This document shows, piece by piece, positions 1-8,991 of a stretch of 64,000 nt of DNA (the first letter of the stretch is position 1; each line of letters opens with the position of its first letter). The stretch lies in IMG/VR virus record IMGVR_UViG_3300037467_000627, one strand, 5' to 3'. Position numbers and translations under genes: made by a program. The notes beneath the pieces are model-generated. The model was given only the letters and a program-made list of their open reading frames with translations, did no database searches and was not told the DNA's origin. The stretch comes from a virus.

Positions 1-199
1 CCGGCGGAGTCTGTTCTGGGCCTTCCGGCTTGGGCGAAGAGTTTGCAGATCCCTGTACAGACGAGTCTTTTGGGACCGAGGTCTCTTCAGGCTCCTCCTC
101 GACCGCCTTGGGCCGTGCATCCAGCAGGGGGCCGGACTCCTGAGAGCCAGGCGGGAAGAACGCTACCGGGAAGATCTCCCTTGCGTCATCGAGCGACAT
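1..199 (-). CDS. hypothetical protein, N-terminal part (gene continues beyond the left edge)
   Basis: ATG at 199 with AAGGAG 5 nt upstream. Frame stays open to base 1 (MSLDDAREIFPVAFFPPGSQESGPLL...). Not in the ORF track because its stop lies outside the window. Confidence 0.5.
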   Translation of the reverse strand, partial: MSLDDAREIFPVAFFPPGSQESGPLLDARPKAVEEEPEETSVPKDSSVQGSANSSPKPEGPEQTPP

Positions 200-306
200 A
201 TCTTCTCCTTGGGCTTGCGGGCGGTGCTAGTTCGTGGCAATGGTAGCCCAGGGATCGTGCGGCGTAGTACGCTGTAGGTGCGTGTTCTAATATCGACACA
301 GAGTTC

Positions 307-344
307 CTCGAGCCGCCCATCAGTGAGGTGATGGGCGGCTCGAG
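307..344 (-). terminator. stem-loop, putative intrinsic terminator after the 350..973 gene
   Basis: 16-bp perfect inverted repeat CTCGAGCCGCCCATCA / TGATGGGCGGCTCGAG with a 6-nt loop, a few nt downstream of the stop at 350. Confidence 0.55.
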
Positions 345-349
345 CTTTG

Positions 350-973
350 TTACTCGTCTGCGGCGGGCATCCCCTCGGGAAGGGTCTGACCTTCCGCCAG
401 AAGCAGCCCCACCCAGACGACGAACTTGTCCTTGCCCTGCGCCTCGCACTTGGCTGCGATGTTCTCCCCGTCGCGCACGCCGAAGATGTTCGTCTTGCCC
501 TTGCGCCAGCCGTTGATCTTGGTGACCGTCGCCTGGGCGGAATTGCGCTTCGGGTACTCCATGACAGGGTAGTACAGCCCGTACCACTGGTTCTGGCGTG
601 CGTGATTCAGGAAGTCACGCACCTTGTCGGAGGTGACGGGCCGACCGACCGCCGTGTGCGAGGGAGCGAAGTCGTCCTCCTTGCGAGGAGTTGCCTTCGA
701 CCAGTCGATGAAGGTAGCCGTCGTCGGGCCGACTTTCTTCTTGGGCTTCTCCTCTTCGTCCGGCTCGGTCGCAGGCGGCAGCGCATCGAAGGGGTTCTCG
801 GTCGTTGGGTCGTGCACGTCGTCACTCGACAGAGGCTCGTCGGAGTGGTCCGTACTCCAGTTCTCCTCGTCTGGGATTTCTGGAGTACGCGGGTCGTCGA
901 GGTCATCGAGACCGATCATCGCTGGGGCGCCAGGCGCGGCGGGCGGCTGCGGGATAGAGGGCGGTTGAGTCAT
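350..973 (-). CDS. hypothetical protein (Pro/acidic-rich N-terminal half)
   Basis: 207-aa ORF with ATG preceded by GAGGAG. No motif recognised. Confidence 0.7.
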   Translation of the reverse strand: MTQPPSIPQPPAAPGAPAMIGLDDLDDPRTPEIPDEENWSTDHSDEPLSSDDVHDPTTENPFDALPPATEPDEEEKPKKKVGPTTATFIDWSKATPRKEDDFAPSHTAVGRPVTSDKVRDFLNHARQNQWYGLYYPVMEYPKRNSAQATVTKINGWRKGKTNIFGVRDGENIAAKCEAQGKDKFVVWVGLLLAEGQTLPEGMPAADE

Positions 974-1013
974 TCGATTTCTCCTCGGTTGTACTTGTCG
1001 ATGAAGGCCAGGT

Positions 1014-1346
1014 TCATGTTGTCTCGAAGACCGGGGTACGGTCGCTCTCGTTCAAGGGATACGAGGCGAACCATACCAAATGAGTGTCCCCCTGGCCGTG
1101 CTCGTGGATCTTCAAGATCTCCTCGACTGAAGCCCAGGTTGTTGTAGTCGCGATACCACTCGGGCTGTTCACCCAGCGGGTAACCGCAGATCCATCTGGG
1201 AAGACGTAGCCAGACATCACCCAGCCCGTTCCGGACTTTCCGGAGATGTCCTTCGATCGCCAGATACCAAAAGGCTTTCCGACTACGGTGCGCGGGTCTT
1301 CTGGATCTAGCACCTTCGGATCTGGCGGTTGACTTTCTTCTGGCAT
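1014..1346 (-). CDS. hypothetical protein
   Basis: 110-aa ORF with ATG preceded by AAAGGG. Tiles with its neighbours. Confidence 0.65.
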   Translation of the reverse strand: MPEESQPPDPKVLDPEDPRTVVGKPFGIWRSKDISGKSGTGWVMSGYVFPDGSAVTRWVNSPSGIATTTTWASVEEILKIHEHGQGDTHLVWFASYPLNESDRTPVFETT

Positions 1347-1355
1347 GTTGCCCTT

Positions 1356-1508
1356 TCATTCCGGTACGAGCCCAGCGGAGAAGTAGATTGCATCTGGGTA
1401 CTTGTCGGCCAGCGCGGAGATGTCTGGGTTCCACTCCTCGATCACCTGGTCGATTACTCCACCGTTGACCTCGGTCTCGTAGTACACCCAGATCATTTGC
1501 TCAGCCAT
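1356..1508 (-). CDS. small hypothetical protein (50 aa, below ORF-track cutoff)
   Basis: MAEQMIWVYYETEVNGGVIDQVIEEWNPDISALADKYPDAIYFSAGLVPE. Its ATG overlaps the methylase stop as TGATG and it fills an otherwise empty gap. Confidence 0.4.
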   Translation of the reverse strand: MAEQMIWVYYETEVNGGVIDQVIEEWNPDISALADKYPDAIYFSAGLVPE

Positions 1509-2224
1509 CAGAAGAGTCCGTTGCCTGAGCTGTCGAGCTTGGCCTTCGCCCTCTGCCAGTTATGCTCGTCCAGCTCAATCGAAATACCTGACCGATTGCT
1601 TTCGCGGCAAGCACGAGCAAGGCTACCCGATCCCCCGAAGGGATCAACGACAAGGTCGCCGGGACGGGTCGAGTGGGTGACGAGTTGGTTAAGAAGGTCG
1701 GTAGGTTTCTCATGTGGGTGAGTGAGATCCCCTGGTCTGAGCTGAGCGCAATGTAAGACGTTGTTCCTTCGAGGAGCGGTGCCTCGATAGTTCCCTCGCT
1801 TGTAGTAAAGGACAAACTCACATCCCATCCCCCAGGAGTTAAGGTCGCCCATACCTGGGCCATCTTTCTCCCAGACGAGGATGCCCTTTCGTTTGAATCC
1901 GTAGGGCTCGAAGAGCTGTCGTGTGAAGACAAGCCATTCCTCCAGTACCTGATGGGCGGTAAAGACGTAGATGTCTGACTCGGCAAGCATTCCCGGGATG
2001 AGGTTATACATCACCTCGGTGAACACCTTCATGGCCACTTCGGGCGACTCGTCGTTGGCGATCTTGCGGGCATTCTTCTTGCCCTCCGCTGTGACTGCCA
2101 TGTTGGACTGGTTGTCCACGCCGAAGGGCGGATCGGTGACCACTGATCGAACGAGCGCCTTGGTCCAGAAGCGCTTGCAGAGCTCGATCGAATCACCGTG
2201 CCAGACATCCTGAACGACTCTCAC
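1508..2224 (-). CDS. DNA methyltransferase (N4-C/N6-A, beta-class motif order)
   Basis: TDPPFG (motif IV) near the N-terminus and VVDPFGGSGS (AdoMet motif I) near the C-terminus. GTG start overlaps the upstream stop as GTGA. Confidence 0.85.
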   Translation of the reverse strand: MRVVQDVWHGDSIELCKRFWTKALVRSVVTDPPFGVDNQSNMAVTAEGKKNARKIANDESPEVAMKVFTEVMYNLIPGMLAESDIYVFTAHQVLEEWLVFTRQLFEPYGFKRKGILVWEKDGPGMGDLNSWGMGCEFVLYYKRGNYRGTAPRRNNVLHCAQLRPGDLTHPHEKPTDLLNQLVTHSTRPGDLVVDPFGGSGSLARACRESNRSGISIELDEHNWQRAKAKLDSSGNGLF

Positions 2225-2511
2225 GGGATAGGAACCTCCGCGACCTCGACCTTGCGAAACACGGGCTCCTTGGAGTCGTCGATCTCGCAGGTGTGGATGC
2301 TGTTGTGAGCGCAGTTCGGGCAGCCGACGAGCCAGGTGATCGCACCGTTGAGCAGCTCTGTGATGACCAGGGGCTTCATCTGGATCTCGACGCGAACGCC
2401 TTCTGGGTCCGCTTCGATGACGACCAGTTCGACGCCCTTGACTTCCTTGCCGTCCTGCAGAAGGCGAGGCGTCTGGCCGTGGTCATACCTCAGTTCGAGT
2501 GGCACGATCAA
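2221..2511 (-). CDS. hypothetical protein
   Basis: 96-aa ORF bridging the RusA-like gene and the methylase. Start uncertain (TTG 2511 or GTG 2505). Confidence 0.55.
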   Translation of the reverse strand: MIVPLELRYDHGQTPRLLQDGKEVKGVELVVIEADPEGVRVEIQMKPLVITELLNGAITWLVGCPNCAHNSIHTCEIDDSKEPVFRKVEVAEVPIP

Positions 2512-2986
2512 CCAGCTCCCAGATCTCCTTGGGGATCTCGTTCGGATCGAAGCCGACGTACGGCTCGACCTTGACGACGATCACGGGGTGAGTGATGTCA
2601 ACGTCCTGACTGACCATCGTGGACGTGACTCGTCGGTTGTCCTTGTCGTTGTGGTACAGGTACTTCTGGAACGCGTCCTCGATGGCCTTCAGGGCGTTCG
2701 TGGCATCGATCTCGTGCTTGCGAGCCGTCCTGCCCTGGTGTGTGGTGTACGCAGCGCGCTGCCGCCAGAAGTAGCAGGTGAGCTGCAGCTGGGTTCCCTT
2801 CGGCCACCAGAGGTTACCCTCTTCGGTTCCCAGCTGCTCGCGGATGGCCTCCTGGTACGCCTTCAGCTGCAGGTTTGGCCCGATGGCTGCGGCCATGCGA
2901 CCGCCCCTGCGAACGGGGTACGCCTCACCGACAGCCCACGGCTCGGGGTTGACAGGAAAGACGAACCAGCGCGCGCCGTCAGTCAT
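2483..2986 (-). CDS. rusA: RusA-like Holliday-junction resolvase
   Basis: 167 aa. HEIDATNALKAIEDAFQKYLYHNDKD resembles the RusA acidic catalytic core (D-x-x-N-x3-K-x3-D-A). GAGGAG RBS. Confidence 0.7.
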   Translation of the reverse strand: MTDGARWFVFPVNPEPWAVGEAYPVRRGGRMAAAIGPNLQLKAYQEAIREQLGTEEGNLWWPKGTQLQLTCYFWRQRAAYTTHQGRTARKHEIDATNALKAIEDAFQKYLYHNDKDNRRVTSTMVSQDVDITHPVIVVKVEPYVGFDPNEIPKEIWELVDRATRTEV

Positions 2987-3410
2987 CGTTCGGCTCCTCG
3001 GCAGGGTGCTCGTGGTTCCGCTTGGCCATCTGGACCTGAGACATCAGACGCTGGACCGCGTAGCCCGCCGAGTTGAGCGCCATGTCGGCGTCGTAATACG
3101 GTTTGATCTCATCGGGTACCTCGATCGAGATCTCGATCTGAAGGCCGTTGGGGTCGTAGTACCTCACCTCGACGCGAGGGTGATCGGGTGTGTAGCCGAT
3201 CTTCTCGAGAGTTGGCTCCAACTCTGCACCGAGCATCTCATCAGCAACTGACGCGATGCCCCCCGCACGATCGGCGATCCTGCTCAGAAGTTGATCGGTG
3301 ACCTGCTTCGAACGAGGAAGGGTGACACCCTCGACATCCTTGCATGGCTCACCCCAGTGGTTAGTGTGGTTCTGGGCGCAGCCGTCGTAGTGGACCATTT
3401 CTTGGCTCAT
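2979..3410 (-). CDS. hypothetical protein
   Basis: 143-aa ORF, ATGA-coupled to the clamp gene. Confidence 0.65.
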   Translation of the reverse strand: MSQEMVHYDGCAQNHTNHWGEPCKDVEGVTLPRSKQVTDQLLSRIADRAGGIASVADEMLGAELEPTLEKIGYTPDHPRVEVRYYDPNGLQIEISIEVPDEIKPYYDADMALNSAGYAVQRLMSQVQMAKRNHEHPAEEPNDD

Positions 3411-4534
3411 GCTGTTGCCTCTGCTCTTCCTTCTTCTCGGGGGACTCCAACGGCGATGTAACCTGATCCGCCGTCTACCTTCCAGGGTTTGGAGGTGTCG
3501 TCAGGGTTGTAGTAGATGACGACCTTATCGGACGGGCAGTTACTAATCCCGTCGATGATGTTCTGGGGTGTGAACTTCCAGGTCACGCGAGGGTGCGCGG
3601 CCTGGTTGCCGTTGAGCAGGATGCTGTCGCCGAGGAGGCCCATCTCCTGGTCGGCACCCATGGCGGCGAACTCACCCTTACCGACGATAACCGAGATGGT
3701 CGGCACGTCTCGCTCGTTCTGCGTCATGATGACCGCACGCTGCAAGATGTCGAGGATGCCAGACTTGTTGACCTCGATCATCGCCGGTGGCGTGTACTGA
3801 GCGAAGTTGGAGACGTTCGGAAACTGCACATCGTAGATGACTGTGCGGATCTGTGTCGCCTCGTCAGGCATGAGTAGGAGCGTGTTGTCCACCATGCCCA
3901 TCTGGCAGTCAGCCTCGGGCCGTAGTACCGCGCCCAGGATGCCGGACGGGATCGTCACGGGTGCCGGTAGCTCGACAGCACAGGGGATTAGCGCCATCCT
4001 GTAACGATCGGTGGCCGCTATGGCGTGCCCGTTCAAGTGAACGCCCGTTAGTGGTGGCTCGCCACGCTTGGCAGCTGCCCACTCCACCGCCGCGATCAGC
4101 GCGCCGAACTTCTCCACGTTGGACAGCTCGCCAGGCGGGATGGGGTGCCACTGTGGATAACCCTCCGGGCGCATCATGTTGAGGCGACCACGAGAGCGCT
4201 GCTGCGTCAAGTGGACCTGTGCGCCCTTCTGCTCCATCGTCATCGTCTGACCTGAGCCCAGCGGGTACGAGCCGATGATCGAGGCGAGGATGGAAGATGA
4301 CAGGCGCCACACGACAGACTCGCTGGCTGTGACCTCCAAGGCGGGCACCACCTCCAGGTAGAACACCTCCAGGTTGGTGGCCTTGAGGGTGACCTGGTTT
4401 GGGTAGTGAGGGCTGATCTCGAAGATGATTCCAGCCGAGCTGTCCAGTGCCTTGCCCGCCTTCGTGGGTGCAATCCGGCTTGCCTTCTTGATCGCGGAGG
4501 CCAGTGTGGCTACCTCGAACTTGAGCTTCGTCAT
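3407..4534 (-). CDS. dnaN: DNA polymerase III beta sliding-clamp homologue
   Basis: 375 aa, DnaN-like length and N-terminus (MTKLKFEV...AGIIFEIS...VTLKATNLEVFYLEV). Confidence 0.7.
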   Translation of the reverse strand: MTKLKFEVATLASAIKKASRIAPTKAGKALDSSAGIIFEISPHYPNQVTLKATNLEVFYLEVVPALEVTASESVVWRLSSSILASIIGSYPLGSGQTMTMEQKGAQVHLTQQRSRGRLNMMRPEGYPQWHPIPPGELSNVEKFGALIAAVEWAAAKRGEPPLTGVHLNGHAIAATDRYRMALIPCAVELPAPVTIPSGILGAVLRPEADCQMGMVDNTLLLMPDEATQIRTVIYDVQFPNVSNFAQYTPPAMIEVNKSGILDILQRAVIMTQNERDVPTISVIVGKGEFAAMGADQEMGLLGDSILLNGNQAAHPRVTWKFTPQNIIDGISNCPSDKVVIYYNPDDTSKPWKVDGGSGYIAVGVPREEGRAEATA

Positions 4535-4785
4535 CTCTTGTCTGCCACCTTGATGATCATCATGCCAGGGTTGTCACTGTGCTTGATCTGCAAGATAAAC
4601 CTGCTGACATCACGAGCTAGTTCCTCATCTGTAATCACGAACGAGCCACCTTGAGCATGCACCAGGTGACAGATGATCAGCTTGGCAATCTCGACTTCCT
4701 TGACCAGGTCAGCATGAGGAACGCTAGCTCGCATGTTAGCGAAGCCGATCTGATTAGCGAGACTATTGCTCGTGAATAGGCTCAC
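4531..4785 (-). CDS. hypothetical protein
   Basis: The track ORF 4531..4827 was trimmed to the GTG at 4785, which overlaps the exonuclease stop as GTGA. Confidence 0.55.
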   Translation of the reverse strand: MSLFTSNSLANQIGFANMRASVPHADLVKEVEIAKLIICHLVHAQGGSFVITDEELARDVSRFILQIKHSDNPGMMIIKVADKR

Positions 4786-5357
4786 CAGGCGAGATCCTTG
4801 ATCCTCAGGTAGCCGTCCAGCATCCACCGGTAGCGGCTGACAGTGTCCTCGAGGTCGGGGCGCACGCGGTGCATCTCGCGACTCGGAACGTCGGCGTCCA
4901 TCCTGACGTACAGATCGGGGTTGACGATCTTCATCGTCTCGATGATCGAGGTGATGTCGATGTTCCGGTAGTGGAAGCGCTCAACCAGAGGGTCGGGAGC
5001 GTGCCACTCCATGAAGGAGCGATCGAACTGCACCGAGCTGCCGCACATCGGGTGCTTGCTGATGCCGTTCGTGACGACGAAGTGATCGAGCGCCTCCCAG
5101 GCGTGATGCTCGATGGCACCTTCCTTCTTGTTGATGACCGACTGGAACAGGCCGGAGTTCGCGTGCATCTTCTTGACGAACGGATCAGCGCTGACATCCC
5201 AGTTGTACTGCTTGGGGTCGTACTTGATCAGGGTGTCGAACCAGTCCAGCTCCTGCCCCCACTGGTCGGTCACCATACAGCCAACCTCCATGACGATCTC
5301 GGTCCGTGGGTTCAGGCCGCTGGTCTCCAGGTCGATCCAGAACATCTTGTGCATCAT
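4782..5357 (-). CDS. DEDDh 3'-5' exonuclease, oligoribonuclease (Orn)-like
   Basis: FWIDLETSGL (Exo I), CGSSVQFDRSF (Exo II region), HYRNIDITS and MHRVRPDLED (H-x4-D, Exo III). Co-linear with Orn as I remember it. Confidence 0.8.
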   Translation of the reverse strand: MMHKMFWIDLETSGLNPRTEIVMEVGCMVTDQWGQELDWFDTLIKYDPKQYNWDVSADPFVKKMHANSGLFQSVINKKEGAIEHHAWEALDHFVVTNGISKHPMCGSSVQFDRSFMEWHAPDPLVERFHYRNIDITSIIETMKIVNPDLYVRMDADVPSREMHRVRPDLEDTVSRYRWMLDGYLRIKDLAW

Positions 5358-5551
5358 TTCTTGGCGCTCCCGTATGCGTCGTTGACGAGGCGCTCTGCCT
5401 CGCTGTGAGGGATTCTGTAGTCACCGTTCTCGCCGCCGAACTTAGCGGCGTTAATCTTTCCATCGCGGATCCAGGCGCGGATGGTTTGCTGCTTCATCTT
5501 CAGCAACTTGGCGAGCTCGGCAGTCGTGTAAAACTGTTCGATCCCCGTCAC
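5354..5551 (-). CDS. helix-turn-helix DNA-binding protein (excisionase/MerR-like HTH)
   Basis: 65 aa. YTTAELAKLLKMKQQTIRAWIRDGKINAAKFG is a typical HTH_17-type motif. Confidence 0.7.
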   Translation of the reverse strand: MTGIEQFYTTAELAKLLKMKQQTIRAWIRDGKINAAKFGGENGDYRIPHSEAERLVNDAYGSAKK

Positions 5552-7053
5552 GCAGCATCCTCCTCTTCCTGCAGGGCGGCAATAAGCTTCCGCTTGAAGT
5601 CTCCATCATCCTCGTTGACGATCATCCCGAACAGGTTCGTCTTTGTTCGGAGGATAGCCTCTACGCGAGACTCGATCGTGCCTCGACACTGGTACTCGTG
5701 GATCTGGACAGGCTGCGTCTCGTCAGCGCCGATACGGTGCATACGGTCGATAGCCTGCTGGTTCATGCCTGGGGTGAACAACTTGTCGATGAAGAACCCA
5801 TGTCTGGCTGCCGTCATGTTCAGGCCGACGCCCGCGACCTGGAGCATGCAGACGATGACATTGCCTCGGTAGCTGAGGTTCTGCCCACCCCACGCCTTGA
5901 CGATCGCCTGCCTCTCGGACTTGGGAACGTCGCCGTGAAGCTCCCAGATTCCAGTCTCGGGAGCCTCGGCATCTAGGCGCTGACAGAATTGCTCGAGGAC
6001 ATCCCTAAACTGGGTGAAGACGACGCACTTATCGCCGTTCTCCGAGACCTGCAGAACATCGTTGACGACCTGATCGAGCTTGGCTGATATGTCCTTGCCG
6101 TTGAAGCTGAGCGTAGTTCCGCACACCTGCTTGAGCCGGAGGAACTTCGTGAGGGCATTCTCGATCTCCTCTGGCCGGTCAAGGTCAACTCGATCCACCT
6201 GAAGCTCGGTGCGGATCTGCTCGTAGATCCTGCGCTGCTCGGTATGCAAGTCCACGCCATGCTTGATAATCTGAACCTCGGGGAGATTCAGAACCTCAGA
6301 CTTCATGCGACGCAGCATGTACTTGCCGAGGCGACGTTTGAGCTCGGCTTCGTTCTTGACGCCGGTGATCTGCTTGTTCTTGTATCCGCCGAACACACAG
6401 TACCGGCCGACGAAGGTCCAGTACTTCGGGAACTCGTGCGGCGCCACCGAGTACAGCAGTGACCAGAGCTCATCCGGCCGGTTCAGCATCGGCGTACCTG
6501 TCATCGGGAAGGTGCGGGGTGCCCGAAGCTTGTGCCATGCCTTGGTTCGCTCGGCCTTGGGATTCTTGAGCAGGTGCGCTTCGTCCGCGAACCGGTGGCT
6601 GAAATTCATCTGATTGAAATCGTCGACGTGCTTGACGAGCAGCTCATAGTTGACGACCATGAGCTTCGGTCCCTGGATGTCCATGAACGTTGACAGCTGC
6701 TCGTCGCGCTTGGATGGCGACAGCTTGCGAGCTACGCCCTTCTCGTCGTATTCGATTCCGCACAGCATGATGGGGAACCGCGTGAAGTTGTGCGTCTCGT
6801 CGTACCAGTTACCCAGCAGACCTGCAGGGCAGACGACGATGGCATTGTTGGCCCAGGGCTGCTCGGGCGTGGTACGCATGACATCTGCAGCGTAGACAGT
6901 CAGCGCTTGCAGCGTCTTGCCGAGGCCCATGTCGTCGGCCAGGATAATGGACTGCTGGCGCAGCATCCGACGCACACCCTCAAGCTGGTGAGGGTAGTAC
7001 TCGATCGAGTCAAAGAGCCAAGGCTCAAGACTCTTGCGATGCTGCAGGCTCAC
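5548..7053 (-). CDS. SNF2-family helicase / DNA-dependent ATPase
   Basis: LADDMGLGKT (motif I), DEAHLLKN (II), TGTPMLNRPDELW (III), VVFTQF, VAGVGLNMT, QQAIDRMHRIG (VI). Confidence 0.9.
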   Translation of the reverse strand: MSLQHRKSLEPWLFDSIEYYPHQLEGVRRMLRQQSIILADDMGLGKTLQALTVYAADVMRTTPEQPWANNAIVVCPAGLLGNWYDETHNFTRFPIMLCGIEYDEKGVARKLSPSKRDEQLSTFMDIQGPKLMVVNYELLVKHVDDFNQMNFSHRFADEAHLLKNPKAERTKAWHKLRAPRTFPMTGTPMLNRPDELWSLLYSVAPHEFPKYWTFVGRYCVFGGYKNKQITGVKNEAELKRRLGKYMLRRMKSEVLNLPEVQIIKHGVDLHTEQRRIYEQIRTELQVDRVDLDRPEEIENALTKFLRLKQVCGTTLSFNGKDISAKLDQVVNDVLQVSENGDKCVVFTQFRDVLEQFCQRLDAEAPETGIWELHGDVPKSERQAIVKAWGGQNLSYRGNVIVCMLQVAGVGLNMTAARHGFFIDKLFTPGMNQQAIDRMHRIGADETQPVQIHEYQCRGTIESRVEAILRTKTNLFGMIVNEDDGDFKRKLIAALQEEEDAA

Positions 7054-7472
7054 AGTGCCCTGCCTCCGTGGCGGAACGGCCGCGTCCGGTTGTACTCGAT
7101 CTTCCGGCGAGTTTCGGCCATGAGGTCGATGTCGTGGGCGCGGGAGTAGTGAAGCAGGCGGATGAACAGGTCAGCGAACTCGCTGCCGACGCCTTCGGGC
7201 TTGGCGAGGGGAGCTTCGCAGCTGTGCACGTAGTTGCCCTGGTCGACACAGTCCCTGAAGTGCAACATCTCTCCGGTCGCATCGGCGAAGCCGTGGTCCC
7301 TGAATGCCTCGAGTGCCTCACTGATCTCCGAATGGAGTAGGGCGCACTCGTCGCCGAAGGTTCTCTTCTTGTCGGGCTCCCAGCCCTTAGCGCAGTTGAT
7401 CTCGTAGATCTCATCGGACAGCTGCTTCAGGGCAACCGACAAGGTTCCGTCATTGCAGGTGCGGCACATCAC
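7050..7472 (-). CDS. MazG-like nucleotide pyrophosphohydrolase
   Basis: 140 aa. LLHSEISEALEAFR and EGVGSEFADLFIRLLHYS...IEYNRTRP are typical of the all-alpha NTP-PPase (MazG) fold. Confidence 0.65.
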   Translation of the reverse strand: MMCRTCNDGTLSVALKQLSDEIYEINCAKGWEPDKKRTFGDECALLHSEISEALEAFRDHGFADATGEMLHFRDCVDQGNYVHSCEAPLAKPEGVGSEFADLFIRLLHYSRAHDIDLMAETRRKIEYNRTRPFRHGGRAL

Positions 7473-7738
7473 TGCTCCCTTTCGACGGACTCGCCGTCAC
7501 GCTTCTTCCGGCAGTTCTCGCAGCAAACTCCGGTGTTCATGAAGATCTGCATCCTGATCTCGCCCTTGCATTCCGTGCAGCGCTGACCAGGCAGGGCGGG
7601 CACCAGAACGAAGTCACTCTGGTTCTTCGGAACTGGCATCAGGAATGCTCGCTGTACGTTCTCCCCGATCTGCTGCATCGTCTTTCTGATCGCCGGAAGG
7701 TCGATCTGTGGCGTCGGCGGCTTGACTGGCTCGGACAC
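7469..7738 (-). CDS. hypothetical zinc-ribbon protein
   Basis: GTG start with GGAGG 10 nt upstream and high GC3 throughout. CTEC...CCENC cysteine pairs. Confidence 0.6.
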   Translation of the reverse strand: MSEPVKPPTPQIDLPAIRKTMQQIGENVQRAFLMPVPKNQSDFVLVPALPGQRCTECKGEIRMQIFMNTGVCCENCRKKRDGESVEREQ

Positions 7739-7994
7739 TGTTCTCGACCTCCGCGAGTTGGCTCATGAGGGGAGCGTACTTGTTGATGAAGCCCATGGTG
7801 TTGATGAGCTGCTCCGTGAGGGCGCGGAACTTGCTCACGAGCAACTCGACCTCCTCGGGCAGGAGGATGAGGTTCCGGTTCTTCGGGTGCTTCGCGAGCT
7901 TCTCTACCAGCTTGATCCACTTCGGATCGACGGCTGGCTCCTTCGGATTCGCCTCGTCCAGGATGGCTAACTTCGGAGTCTGTCCGTCCATCAC
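7614..7994 (-). CDS. hypothetical protein (3' end overlaps next gene by 125 nt)
   Basis: 126-aa ORF. The first ~85 aa look protein-like. The last 41 codons lie in an alternative frame of 7469..7738 and have poorer GC3. Confidence 0.55.
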   Translation of the reverse strand: MMDGQTPKLAILDEANPKEPAVDPKWIKLVEKLAKHPKNRNLILLPEEVELLVSKFRALTEQLINTMGFINKYAPLMSQLAEVENSVRASQAADATDRPSGDQKDDAADRGERTASIPDASSEEPE

Positions 7995-8206
7995 ACACCC
8001 TCCAGAGGCAGGGGCTCCTGGCCGATGACCTCGACCTTGGCCTTAACGCCATCGCCGCGCACGCAGGCTCCGTGAGCGTACTTCCCGGTAGTCCTGATAC
8101 GCTCACCGTAGGGCATGGTCTTCTTCACCCAGAGCGTGGTCTCCTCGAAGAAGTCCTTGTCATCCTTCGGGATGATCTTCGAGCACAGCGCGCAAAGCTT
8201 CTGCAT
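7991..8206 (-). CDS. hypothetical protein
   Basis: The track ORF 7991..8344 was trimmed to the ATG at 8206, preceded by GGAGAAAG (MQKLCALCSKIIPKDD...). Confidence 0.55.
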   Translation of the reverse strand: MQKLCALCSKIIPKDDKDFFEETTLWVKKTMPYGERIRTTGKYAHGACVRGDGVKAKVEVIGQEPLPLEGV

Positions 8207-8354
8207 GCTTCTTTCTCCTACAAGTACATGTTGGCTTGGAAAGGCCAGCCCGCGCACGAGGTATGTCGATGCAAAGCTCGCACTTGTCGTTCTGGCAGAA
8301 AGTACAGACCCAGGGCTTGCTGGAGACGTCCTTGCGCTGGTCATGGCGCTTCAC
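8160..8354 (-). CDS. hypothetical Cys-rich protein
   Basis: 64 aa (CTFCQNDKCELC...CTC). ATGA-coupled to the upstream gene and overlaps the next gene by 47 nt. Confidence 0.45.
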   Translation of the reverse strand: MKRHDQRKDVSSKPWVCTFCQNDKCELCIDIPRARAGLSKPTCTCRRKKHAEALRAVLEDHPEG

Positions 8355-8920
8355 TGCTTCTCGGGGTCCGGGAAGCGCTGGCCGGTCTTGGTCATCTGGT
8401 GGCAGCCATCACAGTCATCGACGGACTTCATCATCCGATCTTCGAGGGTGATGTAGCGCATGTTGCAGTTCCTGCAGAAGACCGGGTCGGCCTGGTCGCC
8501 CTGAGGCTTGACGTTGAACTCAGCGCACTTCTCGAGGAACTGCGGGTACGTCATGCCGAGCAGGTTCTTCTGGAGAACTTCGCTGAATGCGTCAGCATCG
8601 CCTACCTTGAAGGGAGAGCCCGGAATCGGAGTCCCTTCCAGCGGTGTCGACTTGATGAGGTTCTCGTGTTCCTTCTCGTGGTTGACGCCACAGACGACAC
8701 AGTAACCGAATCGCCGACGCCGCTCGCCCTGGATGATGCCGAGCATCTGCGCGCCCCAGGCTGGGTAGCTGACGCAGGCGTGAACGATCTTCGACAGATG
8801 ATTGAGTTCATCCTCCGTCAGGCCTTCCACCCATGCGTGAACTTCATGAGACACAGACTCGTTCATGAGCTTGTGGATCTCGTACGGATCAGGCTGGTGC
8901 TGCTCGTCCTCTTCGGACAC
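8351..8920 (-). CDS. hypothetical protein with Cys clusters
   Basis: 189-aa ORF with CVVCG...CRNC...CDGC motifs. No family recognised. Confidence 0.7.
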   Translation of the reverse strand: MSEEDEQHQPDPYEIHKLMNESVSHEVHAWVEGLTEDELNHLSKIVHACVSYPAWGAQMLGIIQGERRRRFGYCVVCGVNHEKEHENLIKSTPLEGTPIPGSPFKVGDADAFSEVLQKNLLGMTYPQFLEKCAEFNVKPQGDQADPVFCRNCNMRYITLEDRMMKSVDDCDGCHQMTKTGQRFPDPEKQ

Positions 8921-8991
8921 TTGCTACTCCTAAGAAATGAGGGGGCCGGGAGGGGCATCTCCCGACCCCCTCGGGGAGGGGTGAGGATGGA

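Noticed and set aside
186-1147. ORFs 186..587(-), 347..1147(+), 607..906(-), 624..968(+)
   Set aside because: They are alternative frames overlapping the well-supported 350..973 gene and cross the terminator hairpin at 307-344.
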